A stretch of 64,000 bases of DNA from Candidatus Krumholzibacteriia bacterium (GTDB taxonomy: Bacteria; Krumholzibacteriota; Krumholzibacteriia; JAJRXK01): the NCBI GenBank assembly GCA_041484665.1, contig JBGPIA010000003.1, positions 160,001 to 224,000 of the forward strand, given 5' to 3'. This document shows, piece by piece, positions 37,111 through 47,700 of the stretch. The translations under genes and the position numbers were made by a program. The notes beneath the pieces were generated by a model. That model did not search any database. It was not told the DNA's origin and saw only the letters and a program-made list of their open reading frames with translations. The stretch's first letter is position 1. Every line of letters starts with the position of its first letter.

Positions 37111-39696
37111 CTAGGGCAAGGAGGGCACGGCCGCGTCCGGCGCTGCGGGGCCTGCCGGCCCAACGTCGGGCAGGTCAACGTCCGACGCCGTTGCGCCTGG
37201 CGAGAGCGCGCCCAGCGCCGGCGCGTTGTGCGGCGGGGCGCCGCTGCCGCCGCCACCGGATGCGGTCCCCGGATCCGCGGGGTTGCCGCCGGAGGTCGCC
37301 CCGGCGCGGGGCGCCCACCCGCGTCGCCGCAGGTACGCCAGACGCAGCTCCTTGTTGTTGAGGCGCATGCGCACCAGCTCGTCGTAGACCACCCGATCGT
37401 CGACCGTGTGGCCGGTCTCCTCCAGGAGCCCGGCCAGACGCTTCGCGCCCAGGTCGGGATGGGCGCGGATGTGCGCCAGGAGCGCCCGGCGCTCCTCCAT
37501 GTTGAGCCGCCGCAGGGGCGTGGCGGCGGCGGGTACGGGTGCGAGCAGACCCTGCTCGCCCCCCTCGTCGCGCAGCTTGCGCCACCGGTAGTACGTGGAG
37601 GTCGAGACGCCGTAGCGGCGGCAGGCCTCCTCGACCGCGATCGCGTCACGCTCCACCAGGTCGAAGAGGCCGCGCCGGCGTTCCGCCTCCAGCTCGGCGG
37701 GACGCAGCTTCTCCTTGATCGCGACCACCGTGATGTCGTCGTGCTGGGGGATCTCACCGGTGAAGGCGGCCACGTCGCGCTTGAGCTCCTCGATGAACTC
37801 GCCGGCACCGCGACGGCCGTGCTGGCGCAGGCAGGCCACCATCCGATCGATGCCATACTGCTCGCGCTGTTGGTTCATCGCTTCGGTCACGCCGTCGGTG
37901 TAGACCAGCAGCATGTCGTCCTGCTGCAGCTGCACCCGCTCGACGTCGATGGTGCGCCCGAAGAGGCCGGGATCGGGCAGCGAGATCCCCACGGGGAAAC
38001 CCCGCGGATTGAGGAAGAAGACCTCGTCGGTCTCTGCGCGCAGGAGCAGCATCGGGTTGTGGCCGGCCGACGAGTAGCTGATCACCCGGGTGTGCGAGTC
38101 GAGGATCACGTAGAAGAGCGTGATGAACATCCCCTTGCGCATGTCGTCGGTCACGAAGGCGTTCATGCGCGTCATGACGTCGGAGGCCGAGTAGTTGCCG
38201 CGGGCCTCCATGCGCAGGGCGGTGCGGATCATGGTCATCACCAGCGACCCGGGCACCCCCTTGCCCGAGACATCGGCTACGACAACCCCGATCGTGTCGT
38301 CGTCCACCACGACGAAATCGTAGTAGTCGCCACCGACCTCCATGGCCGCCTTGTAGAAGGCAGCGATATCGTAGCCGCTGACCTCCGGATAGCGCTTGGG
38401 GAGCAGCGTCTCCTGGATCTCGCGAGCCACCTGCATCTCCTTCTGCAGGCGCTCCTTCTCGACGACGTGGCTCTGGGCCTGGCGGAACTTCGCGGTGATC
38501 TCGTTGAAGGCCCGGGCGATGGTCGAGATCTCCTCGGGACCCTCCTCCTGGATCTCCTCGTGCAGCATGCCGTCGCCGATGGCGAGCACGCCCTCGGTGA
38601 GCCGCTGGATCGGCCGTACGAAGAGGTTGACCATCAGCGAGATGAGCACCATCCCCAGCACCAGTACGCCGATCCCCAACAGCAGCGTGCGGCGCAGCGC
38701 CCGGCCGATCTCGGAGGTGACCTGGTCCTTCGCCACGCCCAGCACCACCGTACCGACCTCCACCGGCGAGGCGCCCTGCCCTTCCAGGCGTACAGACGCG
38801 CGCAGCTCCCAGATGGCGCGCCCGGTGCCGTCCCGCAACGCGAGCCACTCGCCGCCGCTTCCGCGCCACAGCCCAACGCCCTCGCTGGGGCGGTACGGCT
38901 CGAAGATTCTGTCGAGGCGGCTGTCGCACCAGACCGTTCCGTCGAGCTTGCGGACGACCCGGACGTACACCAGAGCGGGGTCGTGGCGCACCAGATCGGA
39001 CACGCTCTGGTTCAGCAGCGTGCGCTCGAGGCCGTATGGCTTCCCCTCCGCGAGCACGCTCACGGCGTCGCCGGCCAGCTGGCGGGCGGTGAGCTCGATG
39101 CGGCCGCGGGCATCGCGCAGCGTCACGCTGCGCTGATGGCTGTAGACGACGCCCAGCGCGCAGGCCGTGAGCGCGCACAGGCCCAGGCTGGCGCGCAGGA
39201 AGAACTTCATGCGCAGGCTGTGGGTCAGCCCGGTGGGCTCCACGCCCGGGATCAGCCGATCCACCCAGCGGCGGCGGTCCAAGCGCAGCAGGAGCTCGTT
39301 GGTGCCATTGCGGCTGGTGTACGCCACCGCGTCCATGATCTGGTTGATCAGGTAGACGCCCAGGCCGCCGCGTTTGCCGATCGCCACGTAATGGTTGAGG
39401 TCGGGCGTCTGCACGGCGTCGAACTCGAACGACGCTCCTGTGTCGCGGATGCGGATGTCCAGGTGGCCGTGCCCGTAGCGCACCAGCAGCTCGATGGTGC
39501 CGCCGCCGTCGTGGTAGGCGTGACGAACGATGTTAGTGCAGGCCTCGTCGACGGCCAGCTTGCAGTTGCTGATCTCGACGGCAGAGATGCCGGCGCTGCG
39601 TCCGAGGCGCTCGATGAAGTCGCGGACCTCGCGTAGGTGGATCTCGCTGGCCTCGACCTTGAGGGTGGCGGTGCGCGCCGTGCGCCGGATCATCAC
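37111..39696 (-). CDS. RsbW-type kinase - TM - periplasmic domain - TM - HAMP - SpoIIE/PP2C phosphatase - transposase-like double-HTH fusion
   Basis: N-box 'LAVDEACTNIVRHAY', 'IRDTG', 'GGLGVYLI'. Two TMs. HAMP 'PIQRL...EISTIARAFN'. PP2C motifs 'VGGDYYD', 'DVSGKG', 'SAGHNP', 'TDGVTE', 'DDIT'. C-terminal 'VEEACRRYGVSTSTYYRWRK'. Confidence 0.9.
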   Translation of the reverse strand: MMIRRTARTATLKVEASEIHLREVRDFIERLGRSAGISAVEISNCKLAVDEACTNIVRHAYHDGGGTIELLVRYGHGHLDIRIRDTGASFEFDAVQTPDLNHYVAIGKRGGLGVYLINQIMDAVAYTSRNGTNELLLRLDRRRWVDRLIPGVEPTGLTHSLRMKFFLRASLGLCALTACALGVVYSHQRSVTLRDARGRIELTARQLAGDAVSVLAEGKPYGLERTLLNQSVSDLVRHDPALVYVRVVRKLDGTVWCDSRLDRIFEPYRPSEGVGLWRGSGGEWLALRDGTGRAIWELRASVRLEGQGASPVEVGTVVLGVAKDQVTSEIGRALRRTLLLGIGVLVLGMVLISLMVNLFVRPIQRLTEGVLAIGDGMLHEEIQEEGPEEISTIARAFNEITAKFRQAQSHVVEKERLQKEMQVAREIQETLLPKRYPEVSGYDIAAFYKAAMEVGGDYYDFVVVDDDTIGVVVADVSGKGVPGSLVMTMIRTALRMEARGNYSASDVMTRMNAFVTDDMRKGMFITLFYVILDSHTRVISYSSAGHNPMLLLRAETDEVFFLNPRGFPVGISLPDPGLFGRTIDVERVQLQQDDMLLVYTDGVTEAMNQQREQYGIDRMVACLRQHGRRGAGEFIEELKRDVAAFTGEIPQHDDITVVAIKEKLRPAELEAERRRGLFDLVERDAIAVEEACRRYGVSTSTYYRWRKLRDEGGEQGLLAPVPAAATPLRRLNMEERRALLAHIRAHPDLGAKRLAGLLEETGHTVDDRVVYDELVRMRLNNKELRLAYLRRRGWAPRAGATSGGNPADPGTASGGGGSGAPPHNAPALGALSPGATASDVDLPDVGPAGPAAPDAAVPSLP

Positions 39697-41726
39697 TCCC
39701 TCCCGCCGCCGCCCTCTGCATCCGCTGCCGCGCTCTGCTTCTCGCCCAGATGCTCCATGCGCGTGCGCGCCTCACGGATGTTGCTCAGCGCTCCCGGATT
39801 GCCGGGGTCGATCTGCAGGATCTGCTCCCACTGCGCGATCGCCTCGCCGTAGAGCCCCGCGGTGAACTTGGAGAGCCCGGCGAGGTAGAGGCGCCGCACT
39901 TGCGCCTCGTGCTCGGGCGACAATGGCGCCGGACCTGCCAGCGCGCGGCGGGCGCGCTCCGCAAGCTCCCGGGCCTCGCGGTGCTCGGGAACCTGCGCGA
40001 GGATCTGCTGGGCAAGAGCCAGCGCCTGTTCCACCCGGCCGTCGGCGAAGGCCTGCAGCGCCTCGGTGTAGCGGTGCGCAAGCGTCAGCTGGGCCCCCGC
40101 TTGCGCCGCGCGCGTGCGGGCCCCTTGCAGATCGTCGCGCAGGCGCGCGATCTCCTGGTGCGCAGTGGAGTCTTGCGGCGCGAGCCGCAGCACGTCCGAC
40201 CACGCCTGCAGCGCCGCCAGCCAATCCCCCTGCTGCTGCGCCTGCCGCGCCGCGTCGGCCTGCTGCGCCGCCGCGGCTTCCAGCTTCACCGCCAGCTCGT
40301 CGCGGTAGCGGGCGAGCAGGGGGTGGTCGGCGGCGAGCTCCGCTAGCCGGTCGAATGCGCCACGCGCCCGCAGGGGATCGCCCCCGTCCAGTGCGGTACG
40401 CACCTGGTCGGCGGCCCCCGCGACGCGGGCAGCACGCTCGCGGAGATCCTGCGTCGAGACGGCCTCCTGCGCGCGGGCCGCGGCCAGCTCCTGCGCAACG
40501 GCGGCGACGTCCTGCGCGCTCGCGCGCAGGCCCGCCGCCCGCTGCAGCTCGCGCTCGGCGCCGGTCAGGTCAGAGGCCGCGAGCAGCCGATGCGCTTGCT
40601 GCAAGCTCGAGTCGGCCTGCGCCGCGAGCCAGGCCTGCACGGCCTGCTGCGTGGCCTGTTGCAGCGCGACGGCCCGTTGGCGCTCGGCGCGGTCGCGGCG
40701 CTCCGCGATCGTCTGCCCGACCCTCCAGGTGAGCGTGAAATAGTGGCTGGCCCCGAGCTCGCTGCCCGACTGGAAGGCGTAGTCCAGCGCATAGGCGCGC
40801 CAGCGACCGCCCGCGCCCACGCCCACGCGGCCGCCAGCCACACCCAGGCGCGCGCTCCACCCCGCGGGCAGCTCCGCCTCGGCGGCCAGACCGATGCGCG
40901 CGTCAGCATACTGGGCATGCTCGTAAGAGGCGGCCAGGCGCACGGACGGTCCTGGGCCGCTGCGCAGCTGCCAGCTCGCGGCGTAGCGCGCAGTGTGCGG
41001 CAGCGTGTCCTCGCGCTCGACCAGGCGGAACGAGGGAGCGATCACGTCCTGGAACGCGGCCGCCACCGAGAGCCGCGGCACGCGGGGCGGGTGGAAGCGC
41101 AGGCCGCAGTCGAGGCCGCCGCTGGTGGCGCTCTCCCCCACCTCCAGCCAGTGCACCTTGGCCGTCAGGCCCAGGTCCACGCGTCCGCCCAGCCACGGGA
41201 TCCGCACGCCGCTGCCGTACCCCAATAGGAGTTGCGTTTGCGCGAAGTCGATGCTACCCGTCGGGCGGCTGGCCGCATCGTAGGCGGGGATGCCGCTCAC
41301 GCCCACGCGCAGCAGCGCCACCCCGAAGCCGCCCGCACCCAGCGTCGGCACGACTACGCCCGCGTATTGCAGGGTCGTCCCATCGGGCCCTGCGGCCAGA
41401 CGGTTGTGGCTGAAGCTGAGCTGCGTGATGGGAGCGCGGCGCAGCAACGCCGGGTTCCAGAACGTTGCACTGGCGTCCTCCCCCAGCACGACCATGGAGG
41501 CGCCGAGGCTGATCCCACGTGCGGTGGGGCCGAAGCGGAACGGTCCCTCGGTGCCACCGCCATCGTCGGCGGCGGCGGGCCCCGCCGGGAGAGCCGCCAG
41601 AGCCGCCAACTCCAGGAGCACGACGCCGGCCAGCCAGGCGGCCGTGCGGCCAGCGCCCGCACCTCGCGCGTTCCGGTCACGCACGTCAAGCGCGCCGCCG
41701 CGCTGCGGGAGTAGCCGTGCGCTCAT
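39693..41726 (-). CDS. PorV/PorQ (FadL-like) outer-membrane beta-barrel fused to a coiled-coil/TPR region
   Basis: Signal peptide and PorV-type N-motif 'GPTARGISLG.S....EDASATFWNPALL'. Barrel end 'LDYAF...ELGASHYFTLTW'. C-terminal TPRs 'GLYGEAIAQWEQILQIDPGN'. Confidence 0.85.
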   Translation of the reverse strand: MSARLLPQRGGALDVRDRNARGAGAGRTAAWLAGVVLLELAALAALPAGPAAADDGGGTEGPFRFGPTARGISLGASMVVLGEDASATFWNPALLRRAPITQLSFSHNRLAAGPDGTTLQYAGVVVPTLGAGGFGVALLRVGVSGIPAYDAASRPTGSIDFAQTQLLLGYGSGVRIPWLGGRVDLGLTAKVHWLEVGESATSGGLDCGLRFHPPRVPRLSVAAAFQDVIAPSFRLVEREDTLPHTARYAASWQLRSGPGPSVRLAASYEHAQYADARIGLAAEAELPAGWSARLGVAGGRVGVGAGGRWRAYALDYAFQSGSELGASHYFTLTWRVGQTIAERRDRAERQRAVALQQATQQAVQAWLAAQADSSLQQAHRLLAASDLTGAERELQRAAGLRASAQDVAAVAQELAAARAQEAVSTQDLRERAARVAGAADQVRTALDGGDPLRARGAFDRLAELAADHPLLARYRDELAVKLEAAAAQQADAARQAQQQGDWLAALQAWSDVLRLAPQDSTAHQEIARLRDDLQGARTRAAQAGAQLTLAHRYTEALQAFADGRVEQALALAQQILAQVPEHREARELAERARRALAGPAPLSPEHEAQVRRLYLAGLSKFTAGLYGEAIAQWEQILQIDPGNPGALSNIREARTRMEHLGEKQSAAADAEGGGGRE

Positions 41727-44700
41727 CGCGTCACCGCGATCCGGAAGAACGACTGCTGCCCGCCGGCACGGATGCGACAGACGTAGAGCCCGCTGCGCAC
41801 GTCCTGGCCGCGTCCGTTGAGCCCGTCCCAGTGCACGTCACCGTCGTGCAGGCCCGCCGCTGCCTGCGGCTCACCGGCAGCGAAGCTCCACTGGCGTACC
41901 GGATTGCCGAGCAGGTCGAAGATGGAGATCTCCACGGAACCGCCTGCCGCGAGCGAGTACGCGATGACCGCCGCCTCACGGCTGGGCACGAAGGGATTCG
42001 GGTAGCTGTGCGCGGAGGCTGCGAGCGCCGCCGGCGAGCGCACCGAGAGCGCTGATGTCACATCGGTGCGCGGCGCGCCATGCAGATCGGTGAGCTGCAC
42101 CGCGACGGCGGTGCCGTCCGGGGCCTGGGCGGCAATGCCGGCGGCGCTCTGCACGCGCAGGGCGAACGGGACGAAGCTGCCGCCCTCCGCCGCGCGCGCC
42201 GCCAGGTGGAAGCCCCGCGCTTGCCCCGGAGCGAGGGTGGCCGTCAGAGCGATGGACGCGGGGTTGCCCGCCACCGCGCTGCTCCAGCGCGCGCCGGAGA
42301 CGTCATCGGTCACCGCGAGCTCCGCGAGCGTGCCCGCCGGATCTGGCAGCAGGCTGCCGCCGGCGTCCACCATCCACACCGACAGGGACGTCCACTGCAC
42401 GGCCGCGGAGCTGCCGTTGGAGAAGCCCAGCTCCATGCGGTCGCGCAGCGCGCTCCCCGCCACGATCGGCCCCTCGCCGACGGCGTCACCCGCCGCCAAT
42501 CGCACGAGGCTGGAGACCGTCGCCAGGGGCAGACGCACGGCGCGCGCCGCGTCGCCTGCGGGCAGCCCGCTGTTTGCATCCAGCGGCACGGTCGCAAGTT
42601 GCAGCACGAGCTGGTCCACGCCTGCGCCCGCGACCGCCGGCGCTTGCAGCGTCCACAGCGCCGTGTCGGCTGCAGTGGCGAGCGTCACGATCGCCACCGA
42701 CCCGCCGGTGAAGGGGTACTGTGGCGGCGGCGTGAGGCGCAGCGCGGACGGCCCGGCAAGGGTGGCGCTCCCAGCGGCCTGGATCCAGCCCTTCACCGTG
42801 ACCTGGGCGCCGGGATACACCTGGCCAAAATCGCGCGCGCTGGCCGGAGCCGCGAGCGCGCCCGCAGCCTCGGCGCGGGCGGCCTGCTCGACGGCGACGG
42901 CCAGCGTCGCGCAGGTCTCGGCCACGGCCTGACCGCTCTGCACATCGGTGGCGCTGGCGACCAGGCGGATCTGCAGCTGCGACGCCGGTGTGGCCGGCGC
43001 CTGCACGCGCCAGGAGGCGGTGTCCACGCCGGCCGCGAGCGCGCGAAGCGGGTCGCCTCCGGGCAAGGAGAGCGCAGGCGGCAGCAGCAGACGCAGCGCG
43101 CGCTGCTGCAGGTTGGGCGGAGCGCTCGCGCTTCCGCGCACCGTGAAGCTCTGCCCCGCGCTCAACCGCAGGTCGGCGGCTCCCGGCGGCGCGACCACGG
43201 CCAGCGCGCATGCGTCGATGCCTTGGCCGCCCTGCACGTCCAGCTGAACGCTGGCGCTGGTCTGGGTCGTGAGCGCGACCCGCGCGGGATCGTTGCGGTC
43301 GAGGCGGTCGCCGGCCAGCAAGGCGACGAGCGTGGTGAGGCTGGCCTGCGTCGGGGCGCGCAGCTGTAGCACGACCGCGGACTGCACTGGCGAGAGCAAC
43401 AGCGGCGCGGCCAGGGGCGGCTCCAGCGTGAACGGCGAGAGCGCCGGAAAGGTCACCTCCACCGGCAGCCAGTCGCCTTGGCCGTCCAACGGCGGCACAT
43501 GATCGAGCGCCACGCGCAGCGCCACGAGCTGACCGGGAGTGACCGCAGCGTGCAACGGATCGGCGCTGCCCGGCAGTGTCACGCTGAACGCGAGGCGAAC
43601 GGGACGCTGGACCTCCAGCGCCTGCACGTTGTCCAAGGGCGCCAGCTCCGGCACGGGCAGCCCGGTGTTGGCCGAGCGCGCGCGCGTGACGCGCGCGACC
43701 AACGTCTCCGCGCCCAGCGCGCTGGTCACCGCGACCTGGAAGTCCAGGGAGTCGACGGCCCCCGCGGCCAGGCGCGAGAGCACGGCCGGCGCCGCGCTGC
43801 TGGGCGGCGACATCGTGCCGGCCACGACCACTGTCAGCGAATCGACGGCCTCCTGGCCGCTGTTGCCCACCGCCACGCGCGCTCGGATGATCTGGCCCGC
43901 ATCGACCTGCGGTTGGGGCGCGCGCGGGTGCAGCGTGCGCGTGGACAGGATGCGCAGGCCCGCCGGCTGCTCCACCGTCAACGGGGTCTCGGCCTGCGCG
44001 GCCAGCCCTGCCCCATCGAGCACGTCCTGCGCGGCCGCGCTCACCCGCGCCAGTCCTCCGCCGGGCTGCGACCCAGCGCGCAGCACGCTGTAGCGCAGCA
44101 CCCCGCGTTGCTGGCCGTCCAGCAGCAGGCCGCCGCCGGCCAGCAGACCACCCGGCGCCGTCACCAGGTAGTCGGCCTGGGGCTGCCCCGCCAGAAGGAA
44201 TGTCACGTCCTGCGGCTGCGGCGCGGCAATCCGCAGCGGCGCGTCGCCAGCGTTGTGCACGTCCAGATCGATACTGAAGGCCGAGGTCTGCCCCGCGGTG
44301 ATGCGGTCGATGGGCGAGAGCGCTCCGTCGCGGACGATGACCTGCTCGGCGATGAGTGCCGCCGGAGCCACCGTCAAGAGCAGCAGTGAATCGCGCTCGG
44401 CGGAGGGCTCCAGCGCCGCCGGGCGGTTCCCGTAGCGGTCCACCGCCGCCACCAGCTGCACGCGCAGCCATTCCGCGGCGCCCGGCTGCGGTGCCGCCGG
44501 AATCGCCAGCGGTACGGTCGCCGTGTCGGTCAACTCCGGCCAGATCAGCGCGCTGTCGACGCGCCCCAGGGCGGAGCGCACCCGCAGCTGCACCGCGTCC
44601 GCGACCCCATCCCCGCGGTTCGCCAGACGGATGACGAGGGTGGCCGTCCCCCCCGCATCGACGCGGATCCGTCCGGGCTCCGGCGCGATCTGCGCGCCCA

Positions 44701-47700
44701 CGGCCCGGCCGGTCAGGCCGTTCAGCGCGACCTGCGGCGGCTGCGGCAGCGGGACGGCCGCCACCAGCGAGTCGGCGAGCAGCCGGCCGCTGTTGACCTC
44801 CTCGACCTGCACGCGCGCGGAGAGCGTCAGCGTGCCTGCCGTGGGCAATGGCCCCTGCGCCACGAACATGAGGCTGTCGGCGCCACCGGCCGGCAACAGC
44901 AGCGTCGCCGATCCGGCCCATGTCGCAGGCGTCAGCGTGGCGGCCAGCGGCCACGCGCCCAAGCCGGCGCGCGCGGAAAGCGCCGTGGCCGGTGGGAGCG
45001 GGCGCAGGCGTACCGTGCTGCCGCCACCATTGCGCACCGCCAGGCGGACCGAGAACGGGGCGACGCGGCCGGCGCTGAGCGTATCGGGCACGGCGCGCAG
45101 GGTCAGCGGCGCGAGCGCCGCGGGCGCCTGCACGAGCACCAGTCCGGATCCTCCGTCGCCCGAGCCGTCCTGCATCCGCTGCTGCGAGTTGAGGTCGACT
45201 GCCTCGACCTGCGGCAGCAGCACCAGCGGACCGGCAGTGGGTCCGGTCGTCAGCAGATCGACGCGCAGCGTGTCGGTCTCGCCGGCGTCCAGCCGTAGAT
45301 CGCCGCCGTCCAGCGCCGCGCGTGCCTGCGCCACGAAGCCCCCCGCCGCCGCACCCCCCTGCAGCAGGTCGAGACGCGTGCGTGTCGGGTCGGGGTCGAC
45401 GGCCAGCGGCGCCTGGCCATTGTTGCGCAGCGCGACCTTGACCAACCAGGGGCGCGCCTGTTGCGCGGTCACGGTGGCCTGGCTGGGAGCGGACGCCACG
45501 ATCTGCAGCGCAGCGGGCTGCTGCGCCAGCAGCGCCCCGGTCGCCAGTGGCAACGACAGTGCGACCACCGTCATGTTCTCGGTGCCGCGCAGCTCGACCA
45601 CCGCCGGCGGCGCGCCCAGCGTCAGGTCCAGGGGCAGATCCAGCGGCGCGAAGCGCAGGACCGTCTCGCCTGGCGGCAGCGCGCGCGGCCCCAGCGGATC
45701 GAGCGCCGCGCTCAGACGCGCGGCGGCCGGCTCGCCCAGGCGCAGCGTGGTCGCCAGGGGGTCCAGGTCCACGGCCGCCTCGCCGGAGTTCACCACGCGC
45801 ACCGTGAAACGCACGCTCGCTCCCAGGCTCACCGGGTTGGGCGAGAGCGCCGGCAGCGCCAGCGCGAGCGCAGCCGGCGCCTCCACACGTATGGCCGCGG
45901 GCCAGCGCAGCGTGTCGGCAAAGGCGCGGCCCAGCTCGTCTCCGCCGAGAATCAACACCAGGTCGAAGAGTCCAGGTGGGGCTGCCGCGTCGACCGTCGC
46001 GGCGGCGAACACGAGCTCGGTGGTGCCGCCGGCCGCCAACGCCATCGGTTGCGCCAGGGCCGCGGCCGCCGCGGCCGCCGCGCCGGTCTGCACGGTCGCG
46101 CGCGTGCGCGACGCATCGAGCGATACCGGAACGCCTCCGTCGTTGCGCACCTGGACGCGCAGCACCACCGTCGCGCCGCGGGAGACGCGCGCGGGGGTGA
46201 CGCCGCCCGCGACCGCGGCCAGCCGTGCGGCGGTGGACACCTGCAGCGGCAGCGCAGTCAGGCCGTCTTGGGCCAGGAAGTCGGCCGTGCCGCTGCGGCC
46301 GGCGACCTGGGCCCGGAAGCCGTAGAGGCCGGGCAGCGTGGCGGCGCCGACGCGCAGCCGCGTGCGGTGATCGATCTGCCCGCCGGGCGGAAGCAGCGGC
46401 AGCGCATCCTGTCCGACCGGCAGGAAGTCCCCCTGCGGCTGCGCGGCAATCGTCACGCTGGTGAGCTGCACCGGCGCGCCACCCACGTTGCGCACGCGCG
46501 CCACGACCTCCACCGTGTCCCCCACGACAGCGGCCACTGGCGCTACGCTCACCGCGGCCACCGCCAGCCCGCTGACGGCCAGCAGCCCGTCGGGTAGCAG
46601 CACCAGCCCCATGATGGGCTGGCCGTGCCCGTCCAGCCCGCCCAGGCGTACCACCGGACGATGCGCGCCGGGAGCGAAGGCGGAGTCCAGGGGCGCCGCG
46701 GCGAACCCCAGCAGCGCGGTGCCACCGCCGGGCACCAGCACGCCGCCCGCCAGCGCCGCGACGTAGGTCGCGCCCGCGCCCTCATCGAGCTCGAAGGTCG
46801 TGCCAGCGGCCGACAGCAGCGCGTCGGCCTGCCCGGCATTGCGCAGGCGCAGCGTGAAGGACACGGTCTCGCCCGGGGCAACCACCATGGGCGCGAGGGC
46901 GCCGTCGAAGACCAGCGCCGCGCGCTCCTCGAACGCCGCCTGGGCGCTGCCGGCGGCTGCACCCGCCACGAACGTCACCGTGGCCACCCCCGCCGAGATC
47001 GGCGCCACCAGGCGCGCCTCGACCTGGCCAGCGGCATCGGTGGCGCGCTGCAGGCCCGGCGTGAGCGGATCGAGGTCGTCGAAGAGCAGCGCTCCCAGCG
47101 TGCTGGCGATCGTCACCGGCGTGCCGGGGGCGACCAGGTTGCCCCAGGTGTCGGTCACCGGCCCGGCCGTGAGCCGCGTCGTCGCCAGGCCGTCGGCGGT
47201 ATTCACGGGCGGGTCGACACCCGGTACGGGGATCATGCCCGCGGGCGGACCGGCCAGCACCGCCCTCGGCCCTAGCGCCCCGCCGACCGCTGGCGCGGGA
47301 TCCCAGGACGCCCCAATCGTGAGCGTGCCCGCTCGCGATGCGGTGACGTCCACGCTGGCCGTACCGAAGGAAAGCGTAACCGGGTTGGGCGCGGTGGCGC
47401 TGCCTTGTGGGGAGAATGTCATGGTCACCGTGCCGGAGGCAGACACGAGATTGCCGGCGGCATCCAGCAGCGCGAGCGTCACGGCGCGGGGGACACCTGC
47501 CGTCAGCGCGCCCGGCGCCGTGGTCAGCTCGAGGGTGGCCGGCGCTCCCGCCGTGCCCGTGACGTGCCAGCGCAAGCTTTCCAGCGCGGCGGGTGCGCGG
47601 TCGAGGATGCTGGCCCGCACCTCGTGCACGCCGGCGTGCGCGGAGAGCGCGAGGGTGGCCTGCGCCTCGCCCTGGGCATCGGTACGCGCGATCCCGTCGT

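Noticed and set aside
37318..37700. Intact IS element (IS3/IS481-like)
   Set aside because: Only the HTH region is present, in frame with the phosphatase. No DDE domain, terminal inverted repeats or target duplication were seen.
37006..39636. 876-aa plus-strand ORF (likewise 20998-23694, 56911-59757, 47838-50417, 54249-56294, 14810-16429)
   Set aside because: Antisense shadows of well-supported minus-strand genes. Long stop-free frames are expected at this GC content and they contain no recognisable motifs.
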